Translations under genes and position numbers: made by a program
In this document: positions 10,801 through 19,940 of the stretch, piece after piece
Numbering within the stretch: position 1 is the first letter of the stretch
Layout of the letters: each line of letters begins with the position of its first letter
The notes under the pieces: generated by a model
Told to the model about the DNA's origin: nothing
Databases searched by the model: none
The model's input: the letters and a program-made list of their open reading frames with translations, nothing else
Virus record (IMG/VR): IMGVR_UViG_3300027906_000005
Length of the DNA: 64,000 bases
Origin: an uncultured virus (IMG/VR IMGVR_UViG_3300027906_000005)
Taxonomy: Duplodnaviria; Heunggongvirae; Uroviricota; Caudoviricetes
Direction: 5' to 3' (one strand)

Positions 10801-12501
10801 TCCTATGTAAACGCATCCACATCTGATAGTGCTGTCGCTAATTATATCACACTAGAATCCAGAGATGGAGAGACTAGTGAGGTTGATATAGTGTCACGTA
10901 TGATACCTGTTAATAATATAGGTGGTACGCAGACAGAATTAAGACGACCAAGTATTCTAAGATCTGGTAACCATACGTTTGAATACGTTGGTTTTGGTCC
11001 AGGTAACTATTCAACTGGTCTACCTTCAGTACAGAACAGAGTTCTAACTGATGCTGAGACTTTATTAGCACAATCACAGAAAGAAAATGGAGGAATTGCA
11101 TTCTACTCTGGTCTCAACTCAAATGGTGACCTCTTTATTGGTAACACTAGAATTAGTGCTGTTACTGGTGAAGAAGCAAGTTTGGATACTCCTTCACTAT
11201 CCATCGTTGGTGAGACTGCAAACTTACGTCCTGTATATGATGAGATTATCATCAGGGATAAGATTACAATTGATGATGCCAATCTGGAATCTGTATTTAA
11301 GGGTTATCTCGCAGTCAACCAAGACCTCACAGTTGATAAATCTTTATTCTGTGAAGATCTAATCATTAAAGGTGATGCTGCTGACAATGAAGCAACCAAG
11401 AAGATTGACGTTGTAACTGGTGCACCAAGTGCAGCAAATGCTGCTAACAATGGTGACTATGCATGGTTAGGTAATGTAACTCGTGGTTCACATCTAGGTT
11501 GGGTATGGAGTACATCAGAGAACTCATGGATTAAAATGGGTCTCAGTGATACTGGTAACCTTAACATATCTGGTGGATCAGGTGCTACTGCAGCTGATGG
11601 TGACTTACAATTACTAAATGGATTAGGAGTTGATATCCAATCTACGGGTACATTAACAGTAGGTACGGGTGCAACAGCACTTGGTGGTACACTGGGTGTA
11701 ACTAATGATGCTACATTCCAAGCTAATGTTACCATTAATGCAGACAATAAGTTCTTCAAGATTCAGAACAACTCAAGCGTTGATAAGTTTACAGTTGATA
11801 CTGACAATGGTGATACCACATGTGCTGGTAATCTCCAAGTTGATAACAATGTAACTTTAGGTAGTAGTACTAGTGATACTCTTACAGTTAATGCTCAGGT
11901 CAATTCAGATATTGATCCATCTGCTGATAACACACAAGATTTGGGTGCTTCTAACCTTAGGTGGAAGGTCATTTACGGTGCTACATTTACGGGTGGTCTA
12001 ACGGGTAATGTAACTGCTTCATCTGGTACTAGTACTTTCAATAATGTAACAGTCAACGGAACATTATCTGCAGGAAACTTAACAGGTAACTCTGATACTG
12101 CAACATCATTGGCCACGGCTAGAAATATTGGTGGTGTATCATTCAATGGTACTGCTGACATTAACCTACCAGGTGTTAACACTGCTGGTAACCAAAATAC
12201 ATCTGGAACTGCAACACAGGCAGATGATATTAATATTGATGAAGCAAATGGCAACACTAACTATCAGGTAACATTCTCAGCACAGAATAATGCAGGATAT
12301 AATAGACAGTTGATTGATACTGATGATGCAAACTTTGTATATAACCCAAATAGTTCTACACTATCTGGATTAAATATATCTGCTACATCATGTCAGGCAA
12401 CTATATTTGGTACTGCATCACAAAATGCTTATGGTGCAAGGACAGTTTCAACAAACAATCCTTCTGGAGGATCCGATGGTGACATCTGGTATAAGTACTA
12501 G
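7843..12501 (+). CDS. Tail fibre protein (1552 aa)
   Basis: MALTRLKN..LYVN..DFDASD..NRGNS..RPFKTVQRALLE start typical of cyanophage fibres; beta-helix segment; ends GDIWYKY. Confidence 0.8.
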   Translation: MALTRLKNVFTSKTGRCLYVNSDDFDASDAFDNRGNSPNRPFKTVQRALLESARFSYRSGQYNDAFEAFSIVLYPGDYVIDNRPGTNASGQGYSATDISELSAASDFDLVDASGNPNPNNVLYRFNSVEGGVVVPRGTSIVGMDLRKTKLRPLYVPDPAAGAIDQAAIFRVTGGCYFWQFSFFDGPSTGVYKDPAQPSASSPPTFSHHKLTAFEYADGRNVQTGVNDTSGNALAVTDLDLYYQKVAKAFSDIPDSTSVLSADELQSRVEENRIVGPNTSGPKQISSIVTDYVNTNVFTTTAEVTCSTAHGFSVNTPVLVSGVTGTDASRFNGSYYISEIPTTTTFRYIIKDPATGAPSGNPTATGATVEVEVDNVDSSSPYIFNCSLRSTWGMQGMHADGSKSTGFKSMVVAQFTGVSLQKDDNAFIKWDGSSYIAGSHTDGDSIFKTAYRNHHVKCSNDAVIQAVSVFAVGFADHFVATGGGDQSITNSNSNFGSCALRAKGYKSAPFTQDKAGTITHIIPPQKLARTYTQVSGYTFAATQDNKTVTPTPANNSHGILAGSYARFNTIDNTEAYYVSAVNSGTGVLTLNRGYRGSTNGSEVAFSSTVNEIPVGYVACDVQKIQYNAAGTSINQPWTASAGFNTDLGQYSCTYGGNAYYSAQLAAASGTVTGGTVAPTHTSGTASDGAIVWSYIGAVNTRLYLYGYNSAATKPPYKLQGFNIGARKQDKILVSLIESSATVIFGALISPDASATPADSAFTNVTKESYTPGDTNHPLQFDTQLNCWYIRVTAASSGSATVHASTGYRGIHEHLGSDTFYTNALFTGASYMQRVPDNRSSRDRTYRVRYEVDSSPSALSREPINGYVIQPRNVPTGQSYGDVYYIYDIKTEQELIKSVQNGIYYCTVIKGSVSPTNANVNTFAFSQNINNLYPVLDKDNPLEDPGEATSVASNTVVGLVTTTDGSNEDKSLSITKEVIGDFILENRNSYVNASTSDSAVANYITLESRDGETSEVDIVSRMIPVNNIGGTQTELRRPSILRSGNHTFEYVGFGPGNYSTGLPSVQNRVLTDAETLLAQSQKENGGIAFYSGLNSNGDLFIGNTRISAVTGEEASLDTPSLSIVGETANLRPVYDEIIIRDKITIDDANLESVFKGYLAVNQDLTVDKSLFCEDLIIKGDAADNEATKKIDVVTGAPSAANAANNGDYAWLGNVTRGSHLGWVWSTSENSWIKMGLSDTGNLNISGGSGATAADGDLQLLNGLGVDIQSTGTLTVGTGATALGGTLGVTNDATFQANVTINADNKFFKIQNNSSVDKFTVDTDNGDTTCAGNLQVDNNVTLGSSTSDTLTVNAQVNSDIDPSADNTQDLGASNLRWKVIYGATFTGGLTGNVTASSGTSTFNNVTVNGTLSAGNLTGNSDTATSLATARNIGGVSFNGTADINLPGVNTAGNQNTSGTATQADDINIDEANGNTNYQVTFSAQNNAGYNRQLIDTDDANFVYNPNSSTLSGLNISATSCQATIFGTASQNAYGARTVSTNNPSGGSDGDIWYKY

Positions 12502-12517
12502 TACAGGTAATTAAATT

Positions 12518-13405
12518 ATGGCAGTACCATATAGCGAGACAATAGCAGAGATTCTAGGTGGCCACGTCCGAGTTAAGGATGGTGGCAACTGGAGAGTTAC
12601 TGAAGATGTTCAAATAAAATCTGGTGGAACGTGGAGAGATACTAAAGAAGTATATGTTAAGTCTGGTGGTTCATGGAGATTAGTTCACGAAGGTGAGCAT
12701 TTCTTGTTCACTCATACTGTATCATCTAATGAACAGAGTGAGTTTAACCTAGCAAACTATATTGTTGGTCAAGGATATAGTGGTAACCTAATCAAAGGTA
12801 ATATCCAGATCAATGCTATCAAGCAAAGAATTCATATGGGGAGTTACTCTAGTAATTCAAGAGTATTCTTTCAAGTTGCTACCTATGGTCGTGTGATCGG
12901 CACAGGTGGTAATGGTGGTAACCGTGGTGGTCAGAATGGACAAAATGGTCAACGTGCAGTATACTCTGGAGGTACCCCCTTCATAATAAATAATGCTGGA
13001 ATCATCGCTGGAGGCGGTGGTGGCGGTGGCGGTGGTCAAAATGCCCAGTGTGTTTACCAAAACACATATTATTATGGTTGTATGAAGGGTAGTCAATGCT
13101 CTGGAACTGATCAGCAATTCTCTAACGCTAATGGCGGTGGAGGAGGCGGTGGTGCTGGATATCCTGCAGGTCAGGGTGTTCATGGTGGTCAAAATGGTAA
13201 TACCTATGGCGGTGGAGGTGGAGGCGGCAACGGTGGTTGCGGTTCTAACTCTGGCGGTTCAGGTGGTAACATTGGTCAAGGTGGTCAAAATGTTACAGGT
13301 GGTTCAGGTGGATCAGCTGGTAAAGCCATTGAAGGTATAAATCATAGAACATCACAATACTCTACTGGAGATGGTGATCTCCGTGGTGGTACATCAAACA
13401 CTTAA
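12518..13405 (+). CDS. Gly-rich receptor-recognition adhesin, T-even gp38-like
   Basis: GTGGNGG, INNAGIIAGGGGGGGGG, GGGGGGGAG and GGSAGKAI glycine motifs; follows the fibre gene. Confidence 0.65.
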   Translation: MAVPYSETIAEILGGHVRVKDGGNWRVTEDVQIKSGGTWRDTKEVYVKSGGSWRLVHEGEHFLFTHTVSSNEQSEFNLANYIVGQGYSGNLIKGNIQINAIKQRIHMGSYSSNSRVFFQVATYGRVIGTGGNGGNRGGQNGQNGQRAVYSGGTPFIINNAGIIAGGGGGGGGGQNAQCVYQNTYYYGCMKGSQCSGTDQQFSNANGGGGGGGAGYPAGQGVHGGQNGNTYGGGGGGGNGGCGSNSGGSGGNIGQGGQNVTGGSGGSAGKAIEGINHRTSQYSTGDGDLRGGTSNT

Positions 13406-13417
13406 GGTAACTCAATT

Positions 13418-13891
13418 ATGTCATTAGAAGATATCGATCCACAATTTAGGTTGGACCCAGATGTGGCTCCTACTTTTAAATGTGAGAACTACAACCCAGA
13501 AACTCGTGAGTTCGAGGTATGGTATAACGATGGTACACTCAAGAAAGACGAGTGGTATGGTCCATTGAATTTAGATTTAGATTCATTGAAACCAGAATCA
13601 GAGGAACCATTAACTTTCCAGATTGCTGATCAAGTATACAGTGCAGTCGAGAAAGGTAGACTAGAAGAATGTGATATGGCTGATACTACATTAGTATTGT
13701 CACAACTACTAGGCAAGGTACAAACAGTACCAATGGAAGAATTAATGCTTCACAAAGAAAGACTAGCGAAGCAGAATATACAGAATGTTGACCCTGTTGT
13801 TAACTCTACTACAGTTGTTAATGTCTATAGTGAGGATGACTTCGATGAGCAGTTTGAGGCACTAAGCAAGGCTCTCGCTGAAGAGGAGTGA
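13418..13891 (+). CDS. Hypothetical acidic protein (possible fibre assembly factor)
   Basis: 157-aa ORF after the adhesin; role inferred from position only. Confidence 0.55.
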   Translation: MSLEDIDPQFRLDPDVAPTFKCENYNPETREFEVWYNDGTLKKDEWYGPLNLDLDSLKPESEEPLTFQIADQVYSAVEKGRLEECDMADTTLVLSQLLGKVQTVPMEELMLHKERLAKQNIQNVDPVVNSTTVVNVYSEDDFDEQFEALSKALAEEE

Positions 13892-13894
13892 TAC

Positions 13895-14614
13895 ATGTAT
13901 CAATTAGCAGAGACGCAGGATACACGAATTGCCCAGTACACATTCGGTAAAAGCCTCACCCAATTTGGTGTGAGTGTTTTTTCGTGTTGTGATGCACGCA
14001 AGGGTAAGAAAGTTTTTGGCAATGATCCTGACCCAGTGAAGGAGATCATGCTTGAAACGCAGGATGATATTATATCGGCACATATTAAAAAGCATAAGAA
14101 GGGCAAGGTAGCGGGTTATGAAAAGATAATCCGTGAAGCTGGTCAGACATATCAAGTACACCACAGAACAGTGATGTTTGGTAGTACATGGAAGAGTGAT
14201 TCACTAAAACCTGCTGGTTATTCCTTAGTGTACCACGCAGGATCACATACTCACTTCCGTTTCCCAGGTCTTAACAGATTGACATCTCAGGAAGATGGTG
14301 GTATCGTAGCTTGTTCAGGGTTTGAGGATCTACATGCTACTAACAGAAAGGTTCATCTATTCACAAAGAATGATAGCTTTACACCTGAGGGAGAAGGTAG
14401 TATAATAGTAGGGATGCATGATTTTTATTTCCATAAGACTAAGGTGTACCAACATTATCCATTCCCAATCTCGGAAACAGATACTGTACAGGTAACAGTT
14501 ACTAAACCTACAGTTATTGTAGAATTTACAAGGGCAGAGCCAGACGTTGCGGAGTTTACTACATCATGGTTGAATCAGATCGAAGCAGGACTTATTGAAA
14601 TAGTAACCAGATGA
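13895..14614 (+). CDS. Hypothetical protein, paralog of the next gene
   Basis: 239 aa; colinear motifs shared with 14611..15291. Confidence 0.7.
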   Translation: MYQLAETQDTRIAQYTFGKSLTQFGVSVFSCCDARKGKKVFGNDPDPVKEIMLETQDDIISAHIKKHKKGKVAGYEKIIREAGQTYQVHHRTVMFGSTWKSDSLKPAGYSLVYHAGSHTHFRFPGLNRLTSQEDGGIVACSGFEDLHATNRKVHLFTKNDSFTPEGEGSIIVGMHDFYFHKTKVYQHYPFPISETDTVQVTVTKPTVIVEFTRAEPDVAEFTTSWLNQIEAGLIEIVTR

Positions 14615-15291
14615 TGCCAGCGAAAGTGGTGAGAGATTCTTGCGATAATCTCACCGTACTATATTACATGGGGTGCCAACAAGCTTTTAAATTCTTCGGG
14701 GATGACCCTGAGGAGCATAAAGTATTCGTTAAGGATAAACATACTGAGATGATATGTCAGATGTTTCCCGACCATACAGATCTCCCATGGGAGTTTCTTA
14801 ATAGATTTTACCTGCATAGTAGATGCTTACTGTTTACCAGTGGTATATGGATGAGTGAGACTGCTAGATATCCACAATACTTGCGCTATAAACCTGGTGC
14901 TAACACATCTTTCAGAATATCTGGTATGACCAGATTCACTGCATTGACCAATAATTGTGGTGCTATCTGTGTTGGTATCAATCCTGATGGTACTGAGTTC
15001 CCTAACTTACGCAGGTTTGTGCATAAAATGGAGGGGACTACCATGTGGATGCCACAGTCTCCGCAATCGTACATAGTACCTACGCAGAACTGTACGTATG
15101 GTAAGTATGAGATAGGTGAAGGAGAGATAAAGAGAGCCAAGATAGATTTTGATGAGTTAACATTTGAGGAACCTGGATATTTAATAGAGTTCGTGAACGA
15201 ACCACTAACACTAGAGGATGAACTTATAAACTACGCCCATCAGTGGGTGGATAATAAGATTGAGGTATTTGATCGTGACAGCGTTTCTTGA
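14611..15291 (+). CDS. Hypothetical protein, paralog of the previous gene
   Basis: 226 aa; ATGA overlap with the previous gene. Confidence 0.7.
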   Translation: MMPAKVVRDSCDNLTVLYYMGCQQAFKFFGDDPEEHKVFVKDKHTEMICQMFPDHTDLPWEFLNRFYLHSRCLLFTSGIWMSETARYPQYLRYKPGANTSFRISGMTRFTALTNNCGAICVGINPDGTEFPNLRRFVHKMEGTTMWMPQSPQSYIVPTQNCTYGKYEIGEGEIKRAKIDFDELTFEEPGYLIEFVNEPLTLEDELINYAHQWVDNKIEVFDRDSVS

Positions 15292-15637
15292 AGATTTTAT
15301 ACATCCTGTATGGCAGAACCATCTGGATTATCCACCACTGGAGTATAAGCACCTAGAACGTGATAAGTTCGAGGAGCTTCTGGATCTTATGATGGAAGCA
15401 TATCCTGAACATGAGCTCACAAGGTGGTTGCAGCGTGGATTTTGCATGAATGATGGTGATGCTACCATATCTTTTAGCTCCTTAGAGGGTCGTAGGGTTA
15501 TACAGTGGCACATAAATCATTTTGATGAGGAGGATAATGAGTTCTTTGACCAATGGTTTGGTGATTCTGATGATGACATAGATTGGGACGATGAATGGGA
15601 TGAGGAGGACAGTGAAGAAAGTGGCACAGAGGATTGA
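15275..15637 (+). CDS. Hypothetical protein with very acidic C-terminus (GTG start likely)
   Basis: GAGGT precedes GTG 15275; D/E-rich tail. Confidence 0.6.
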   Translation: MTAFLEDFIHPVWQNHLDYPPLEYKHLERDKFEELLDLMMEAYPEHELTRWLQRGFCMNDGDATISFSSLEGRRVIQWHINHFDEEDNEFFDQWFGDSDDDIDWDDEWDEEDSEESGTED

Positions 15638-15663
15638 CACAAGCGCAGGATACAGCCTATACT
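15607..15663 (+). promoter_or_regulatory. Palindrome plus sigma70-type early promoter
   Basis: GGACAGTGAAGAAAGTGGCA, TTGACA 15634-15639, TATACT 15658-15663. Confidence 0.75.
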
Positions 15664-15687
15664 ATATTCATACACACGAGGTTCTCC

Positions 15688-16101
15688 ATGACATCCGCAG
15701 TTCCAACAATCCTAACGTTTCCAGACGAGAGACTTACTCAAGAACAGAGAGTGGAGAAGTGGGCAGCGCAACTATGCAGAGCATTAGATGAAAATTATGT
15801 GGAGTATCACAAGAGATCTGGATTTTCTAGTTCACTAGACCATCCACTTCAGTTTAAACTCCGCAGTGGACGCAAGTACTATAAAATTGTACAGACTGAG
15901 TATGATACATTTCAAGATCGTAACGAGTATCGTGACTCATGTGTTCATGCTTTCATAGATAAAAAGACAGGTGAAGTGTACAAACCAGCGGGTTGGGCAA
16001 AACCAGCACAGCATGTACGCTATGACTTGCGGATCATTCGTGAAAGAGAAGATTGCCTAGCAAAAGCAGATTGGGCAGGTGGTTACCTTTACATGAGATA
16101 G
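15688..16101 (+). CDS. Conserved phage hypothetical protein
   Basis: GRKYYKIV..VHAFIDKKTGEVYKPAGW..ADWAGGYLY motif familiar from T4-like phage early genes; GAGG before ATG 15688. Confidence 0.75.
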   Translation: MTSAVPTILTFPDERLTQEQRVEKWAAQLCRALDENYVEYHKRSGFSSSLDHPLQFKLRSGRKYYKIVQTEYDTFQDRNEYRDSCVHAFIDKKTGEVYKPAGWAKPAQHVRYDLRIIREREDCLAKADWAGGYLYMR

Positions 16102-16116
16102 ACCCCTTCAGGGGTC
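16101..16116 (+). terminator. Hairpin, possible terminator or stabiliser
   Basis: GACCCC-TTCA-GGGGTC right at the stop codon; the U-tract is not adjacent. Confidence 0.45.
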
Positions 16117-16148
16117 TCCTAGACCCCTTTTAGACATCAATTATTACA

Positions 16149-16412
16149 ATGCCAGTATACAGAGACTACGAGATTAGAATCAATCTCAATGAACTAATAG
16201 AGAAGAGGATACCCACCTGTGATCTATTACATAAAGACCATTGCTTGACTGAATCTCAGGTTGCAGAGATAGCGCATGACATCAACATGGATTTGGATCT
16301 TCATCCAATATTTCATCAGGTTGATGAGCATATTATGCGCTATGTTAATGCTGCTGGCATTGATAACACGGAACATTGGGTAGAACCACACCTTAAGGAT
16401 CTTAATGAATAA
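16149..16412 (+). CDS. Hypothetical protein
   Basis: 87-aa ORF overlapping the purC start. Confidence 0.7.
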   Translation: MPVYRDYEIRINLNELIEKRIPTCDLLHKDHCLTESQVAEIAHDINMDLDLHPIFHQVDEHIMRYVNAAGIDNTEHWVEPHLKDLNE

Positions 16413-17139
16413 CCCTGATAAGATGCATCGGATGATTATCCCGCATCCACCAATGATAGAAGGCAAAGTTAAGAGTGTCTTCAATGTATCTGGAGCACCT
16501 GATAAGGTGATGATACAGTATAATGACAAGGTAACCGCAGGTAATGGTGCAAAGGAGGATTATCCTAAAGAGAAAGGAGCAACATGTGCACTTATCTCTG
16601 CAATATTATTTGAACACCTGAACTTCTACGGAGTAAAGACGCACTTCATTGATCAAATAAGTCATACTAAGTGCTTATGTAAGAAGGTAGACATCATACC
16701 AATAGAATTTGTAGTTAGAAATATATGTGCTGGCTCTATTTGTAGAGAGACCACACTACATGAAGGAGATTCAATAAACTCACCATTGGTTGAATACTAT
16801 CTAAAGGATGATAGTAAGAATGATCCGCTACTTACAATGGATCGTATCATACTAATGGGCTATGGTCCTCTTATGATAGAGGAGATAGATAAGGTATGCT
16901 TAAGAGTAAATGAGTTACTCAAGAGTTTATTCGAGAGAATAGGTTTAACACTTGTAGATTTCAAATTGGAGTTTGGATACGATGCTGACAGGAATATACT
17001 CCTTGCTGATGAACTATCACCTGATGGAATGCGGCTTTGGAAAGAAGGTAAGAGTTTTGATAAGGACTTGTTTCGTGAAGGAAAAGGTGATATAATAGAA
17101 GCATATACTTGGGTACTAGAACAACTGAGGCACGCATAA
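16405..17139 (+). CDS. purC: SAICAR synthetase
   Basis: EGKVK, IPIEFVVRN, LKDD..NDP, LVDFKLEFG, LADELSPD.MRLW, DKDLFR motifs. Confidence 0.95.
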   Translation: MNNPDKMHRMIIPHPPMIEGKVKSVFNVSGAPDKVMIQYNDKVTAGNGAKEDYPKEKGATCALISAILFEHLNFYGVKTHFIDQISHTKCLCKKVDIIPIEFVVRNICAGSICRETTLHEGDSINSPLVEYYLKDDSKNDPLLTMDRIILMGYGPLMIEEIDKVCLRVNELLKSLFERIGLTLVDFKLEFGYDADRNILLADELSPDGMRLWKEGKSFDKDLFREGKGDIIEAYTWVLEQLRHA

Positions 17140-17213
17140 TGTGGTATGTAATTACTTGGACAATAATAACAATGGGAGTGCTTGTATTGGCAGGAGCATT
17201 TAAGAAGCGATGA
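17139..17213 (+). CDS. 24-aa single-membrane-span micro-peptide
   Basis: MWYVITWTIITMGVLVLAGAFKKR; start and stop overlap both neighbours (TAATG, ATGA). Confidence 0.55.
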   Translation: MWYVITWTIITMGVLVLAGAFKKR

Positions 17214-18160
17214 GGAATGAAGTACTATTTGGTGACTGTAGGAGTTCCTTACGTAATCTGTATGCACAGATAACAACAGGCATTCAAGAACAACCACGCA
17301 TGTGTGTTACATCACCACCTTACTATGGTCTACGTGACTATGGTGGTGAAGAGAATCAGATAGGACAAGAGAATACACCTGAAGAATTCATTAACAATCT
17401 TGTTGAAGTATTCAGTTGTGTACGTGATGTACTTGCTGAGGATGGTACACTATGGTTGAACATGGGTGATAGTTATTACAACTATCGACCAGGTAAAGGT
17501 CAAGCATTAGTACAACAGTCAGTAAGTAACAGTAAGCAAGACTTACCTGATGCATGTCCTCGTCGTGGTAATATATTACCAGGTTTGAAGGAGAAGGATC
17601 TAATTGGTATCCCATGGATGTTAGCATTTGCATTACGTGCGGATGGATGGTATCTAAGGCAGGATATAATATGGCATAAACCAAACCCTATGCCTGAATC
17701 AGTGAAGGATAGATGTACTAAGTCACATGAGTATGTCTTTCTATTAAGTAAGAACAAACGATATTATTATGACAATGAAGCAATCAAAGAACCAGCTAAA
17801 GACTGGGGTACGAGAGATAGAACTCAAGGGAAGTATCATAATAAAGGGACAGGGTTGCAGCCACATAGTGGTCTTTCCAAATCATACCCTAAGAAGAATA
17901 AGCGTAGTGTCTGGTCAGTGACCAATAAACCATTTAAGGGAGCACACTTCGCATGTTATCCACCTGATCTCATTGAACCATGCATTCTAGCAGGTTCGGA
18001 GCAGGGTGATATCATATTAGATCCCTTTATGGGTAGTGGGACCACTGCAATGGTGGCTAAGAAACTAAGTAGAGCATACATTGGATGCGAATTGCACAAG
18101 GAGTATGCCAGTTTGCAAACTGACCGTATTTCTAGCATTCCGACCCAATTGCCCCTATAA
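17210..18160 (+). CDS. DNA methyltransferase, N4-C/N6-A family (beta order)
   Basis: TSPPY catalytic motif near the N-terminus, IIWHKPNPMPES, DPFMGSGTT SAM motif near the C-terminus. Confidence 0.93.
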   Translation: MRNEVLFGDCRSSLRNLYAQITTGIQEQPRMCVTSPPYYGLRDYGGEENQIGQENTPEEFINNLVEVFSCVRDVLAEDGTLWLNMGDSYYNYRPGKGQALVQQSVSNSKQDLPDACPRRGNILPGLKEKDLIGIPWMLAFALRADGWYLRQDIIWHKPNPMPESVKDRCTKSHEYVFLLSKNKRYYYDNEAIKEPAKDWGTRDRTQGKYHNKGTGLQPHSGLSKSYPKKNKRSVWSVTNKPFKGAHFACYPPDLIEPCILAGSEQGDIILDPFMGSGTTAMVAKKLSRAYIGCELHKEYASLQTDRISSIPTQLPL

Positions 18161-18161
18161 T
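18106..18161 (+). promoter_or_regulatory. Palindrome plus -10 early promoter inside the MTase 3' end
   Basis: TGCCAGTTTGCAAACTGACC, then TATAAT 18156-18161, which contains the MTase stop codon. Confidence 0.75.
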
Positions 18162-18191
18162 ATGGAAGTAATCATCACAGAGGAGTTTGAA

Positions 18192-18425
18192 ATGCCAAGA
18201 GAGGTGGTCACGATGGTTGAATTGGACACTGCTGAGATCAAATACATCATTGATATGATGTGGTCATCAGACACAACTGAATCCAGTGTCATTGCAACTC
18301 GTCACAATGTTGATGACATCAACTTAGAAAAGAAATTAAACATTGCTCTAGGTAGAGCATACGATGAGTTAGACATCGGTCCTTCTGGATACCGTGGTCT
18401 ACGCTTAGATGAGATTCAAGAATGA
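18192..18425 (+). CDS. Hypothetical protein
   Basis: GAGGAG Shine-Dalgarno before ATG 18192. Confidence 0.7.
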   Translation: MPREVVTMVELDTAEIKYIIDMMWSSDTTESSVIATRHNVDDINLEKKLNIALGRAYDELDIGPSGYRGLRLDEIQE

Positions 18426-18616
18426 ACGCAAAAGATATGTCAGGAGCTGAAAAGCTCGTATTTATTTCCTCATTCATCTATTTTCTTCATTGGTCATGTC
18501 TTGTTATGTCACGTTTGGTGGGTATGGTAATCGCAAGCGTATCGCTCGCGCAGCTATCCAATGGTTCTTCCAACATCGTAAACTCAATCGCTTCAACTCA
18601 TTTGTACATATTATAG
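18422..18616 (+). CDS. Possible small membrane protein overlapping the peptidase gene
   Basis: ATGA coupling with the upstream gene; hydrophobic stretch; 121-nt overlap with the next ORF. Confidence 0.4.
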   Translation: MNAKDMSGAEKLVFISSFIYFLHWSCLVMSRLVGMVIASVSLAQLSNGSSNIVNSIASTHLYIL

Positions 18617-18978
18617 ACAAAAGGTTGTGGCATCAAGGTAATGATGGTACATGTATGTCCATTGATGATCTATCACGTCCTCGTTACTTCGAGATTGAGA
18701 TAGAGAATAGACTGGACAACAAAGAACAGTACCTAACCACATTATTCCATGAACTACGTCATGTGGAGCAGAGACTACGTGGTGATCACAAGCAACGTTT
18801 CTCATGCCATGCTCGTAAGGTAGTAAATAAGTGGAAGGGAGAATCAGTTCCCCCTGAAACAGAGTACATGGATGAACCATGGGAGATTGATGCATACAAG
18901 ATGGAGAAGGTATTCTTCAAGGAGTATAAGGAGTATCAAGGTACAGTTGATGTAGAGTTTAATGCAACGCATTGTTAA
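18496..18978 (+). CDS. Zincin-like metallopeptidase
   Basis: LFHELRHVEQ (HExxH) and downstream PWEIDAY. Confidence 0.75.
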   Translation: MSCYVTFGGYGNRKRIARAAIQWFFQHRKLNRFNSFVHIIDKRLWHQGNDGTCMSIDDLSRPRYFEIEIENRLDNKEQYLTTLFHELRHVEQRLRGDHKQRFSCHARKVVNKWKGESVPPETEYMDEPWEIDAYKMEKVFFKEYKEYQGTVDVEFNATHC

Positions 18979-19492
18979 CATTGAGGAGTTCTATGTAACT
19001 CCTGGACCTAAAATAGTTAAGGAAATATTAAGTCTTGGTGATTATCAAGCACGTGGCACATCAGTTAAGGCTGATGTGTCAGATTGGTGTATACAGGACA
19101 TGTATATTTTCGATAACTTAATAGGTCAACTCAATGTCCTCTATCCGAAACATCAAGTACAAGAACTCTGGTCTGTCGTCTATAGACAGGGTGACTACAC
19201 TCAGGTCCATAATCATAGTGGTTTTGATTTCAGTTTTGTTTGGTATCTGGATACCTGTCCTCACTGCTCTCCGTTAGTCTTTCCAGATCCTGAGCATCCA
19301 TGGATGCCACCAATTCATACTATAAGACCTAAAGTAGGGAATCTAGTAGTATTCAATGGTAATGATATACACTACGTACCACCACATACATGCAACCATA
19401 AAAGAGTATGTGTGTCTGGTAACTTAGTGCCACTTGACTTAGAAGATGAAGAAGAGTATGATGATACATACTACGGTGCAAATACATGTTAA
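18962..19492 (+). CDS. Putative 2OG-Fe(II) oxygenase
   Basis: HNH..FSFVWYL, VVFN..IHYVP, RVCVSGN motifs. Confidence 0.8.
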   Translation: MQRIVNIEEFYVTPGPKIVKEILSLGDYQARGTSVKADVSDWCIQDMYIFDNLIGQLNVLYPKHQVQELWSVVYRQGDYTQVHNHSGFDFSFVWYLDTCPHCSPLVFPDPEHPWMPPIHTIRPKVGNLVVFNGNDIHYVPPHTCNHKRVCVSGNLVPLDLEDEEEYDDTYYGANTC

Positions 19493-19495
19493 CAA

Positions 19496-19747
19496 ATGGC
19501 AATTGATCCAAACATTGACCAGTACTTTGATTACAAGTATGTTGAAGGTGAGTTACACATTTACATACGAGAAGAATTAGTTAAGGAACTAGGTTGGACT
19601 GATAGAGATTTAGAATTAGGATTCGGTGGGATCCGTCAAATGAATAGATGGGGCAAGGATGCTCACCTATCCATCCACACAATTGAAAACCGTGATTATG
19701 TACACCCTTGGGATGAGCACAACAAAAAGATCGACCAAAACACCTGA
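19496..19747 (+). CDS. Hypothetical protein
   Basis: 83-aa ORF. Confidence 0.6.
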   Translation: MAIDPNIDQYFDYKYVEGELHIYIREELVKELGWTDRDLELGFGGIRQMNRWGKDAHLSIHTIENRDYVHPWDEHNKKIDQNT

Positions 19748-19940
19748 ACAGAAAGAGTTAGAGTCTATTGCTAGATTCTACAAGGACTGTGAACAAGGAT
19801 TTGCTACTAACGATGGATACTATGCTGTACCTGTTGCAGGTAGTAATACCAAATTGACTATTATCCATAATGGTGCTATACTTAAGGAATGCAGGAACGA
19901 ACAGTCTGCTCGTAATTTCATAAAGAAGCATAGAACTTGA
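19713..19940 (+). CDS. Hypothetical protein
   Basis: ATG 19713; GF..DGYYAVP..IIHNG; stop overlaps the MTase start. Confidence 0.65.
   Translation: MSTTKRSTKTPEQKELESIARFYKDCEQGFATNDGYYAVPVAGSNTKLTIIHNGAILKECRNEQSARNFIKKHRT

Noticed and set aside
5229..15291. Diversity-generating retroelement acting on fibre genes
   Set aside because: No reverse transcriptase in the window, and no near-identical repeat pair differing only at adenines was seen.
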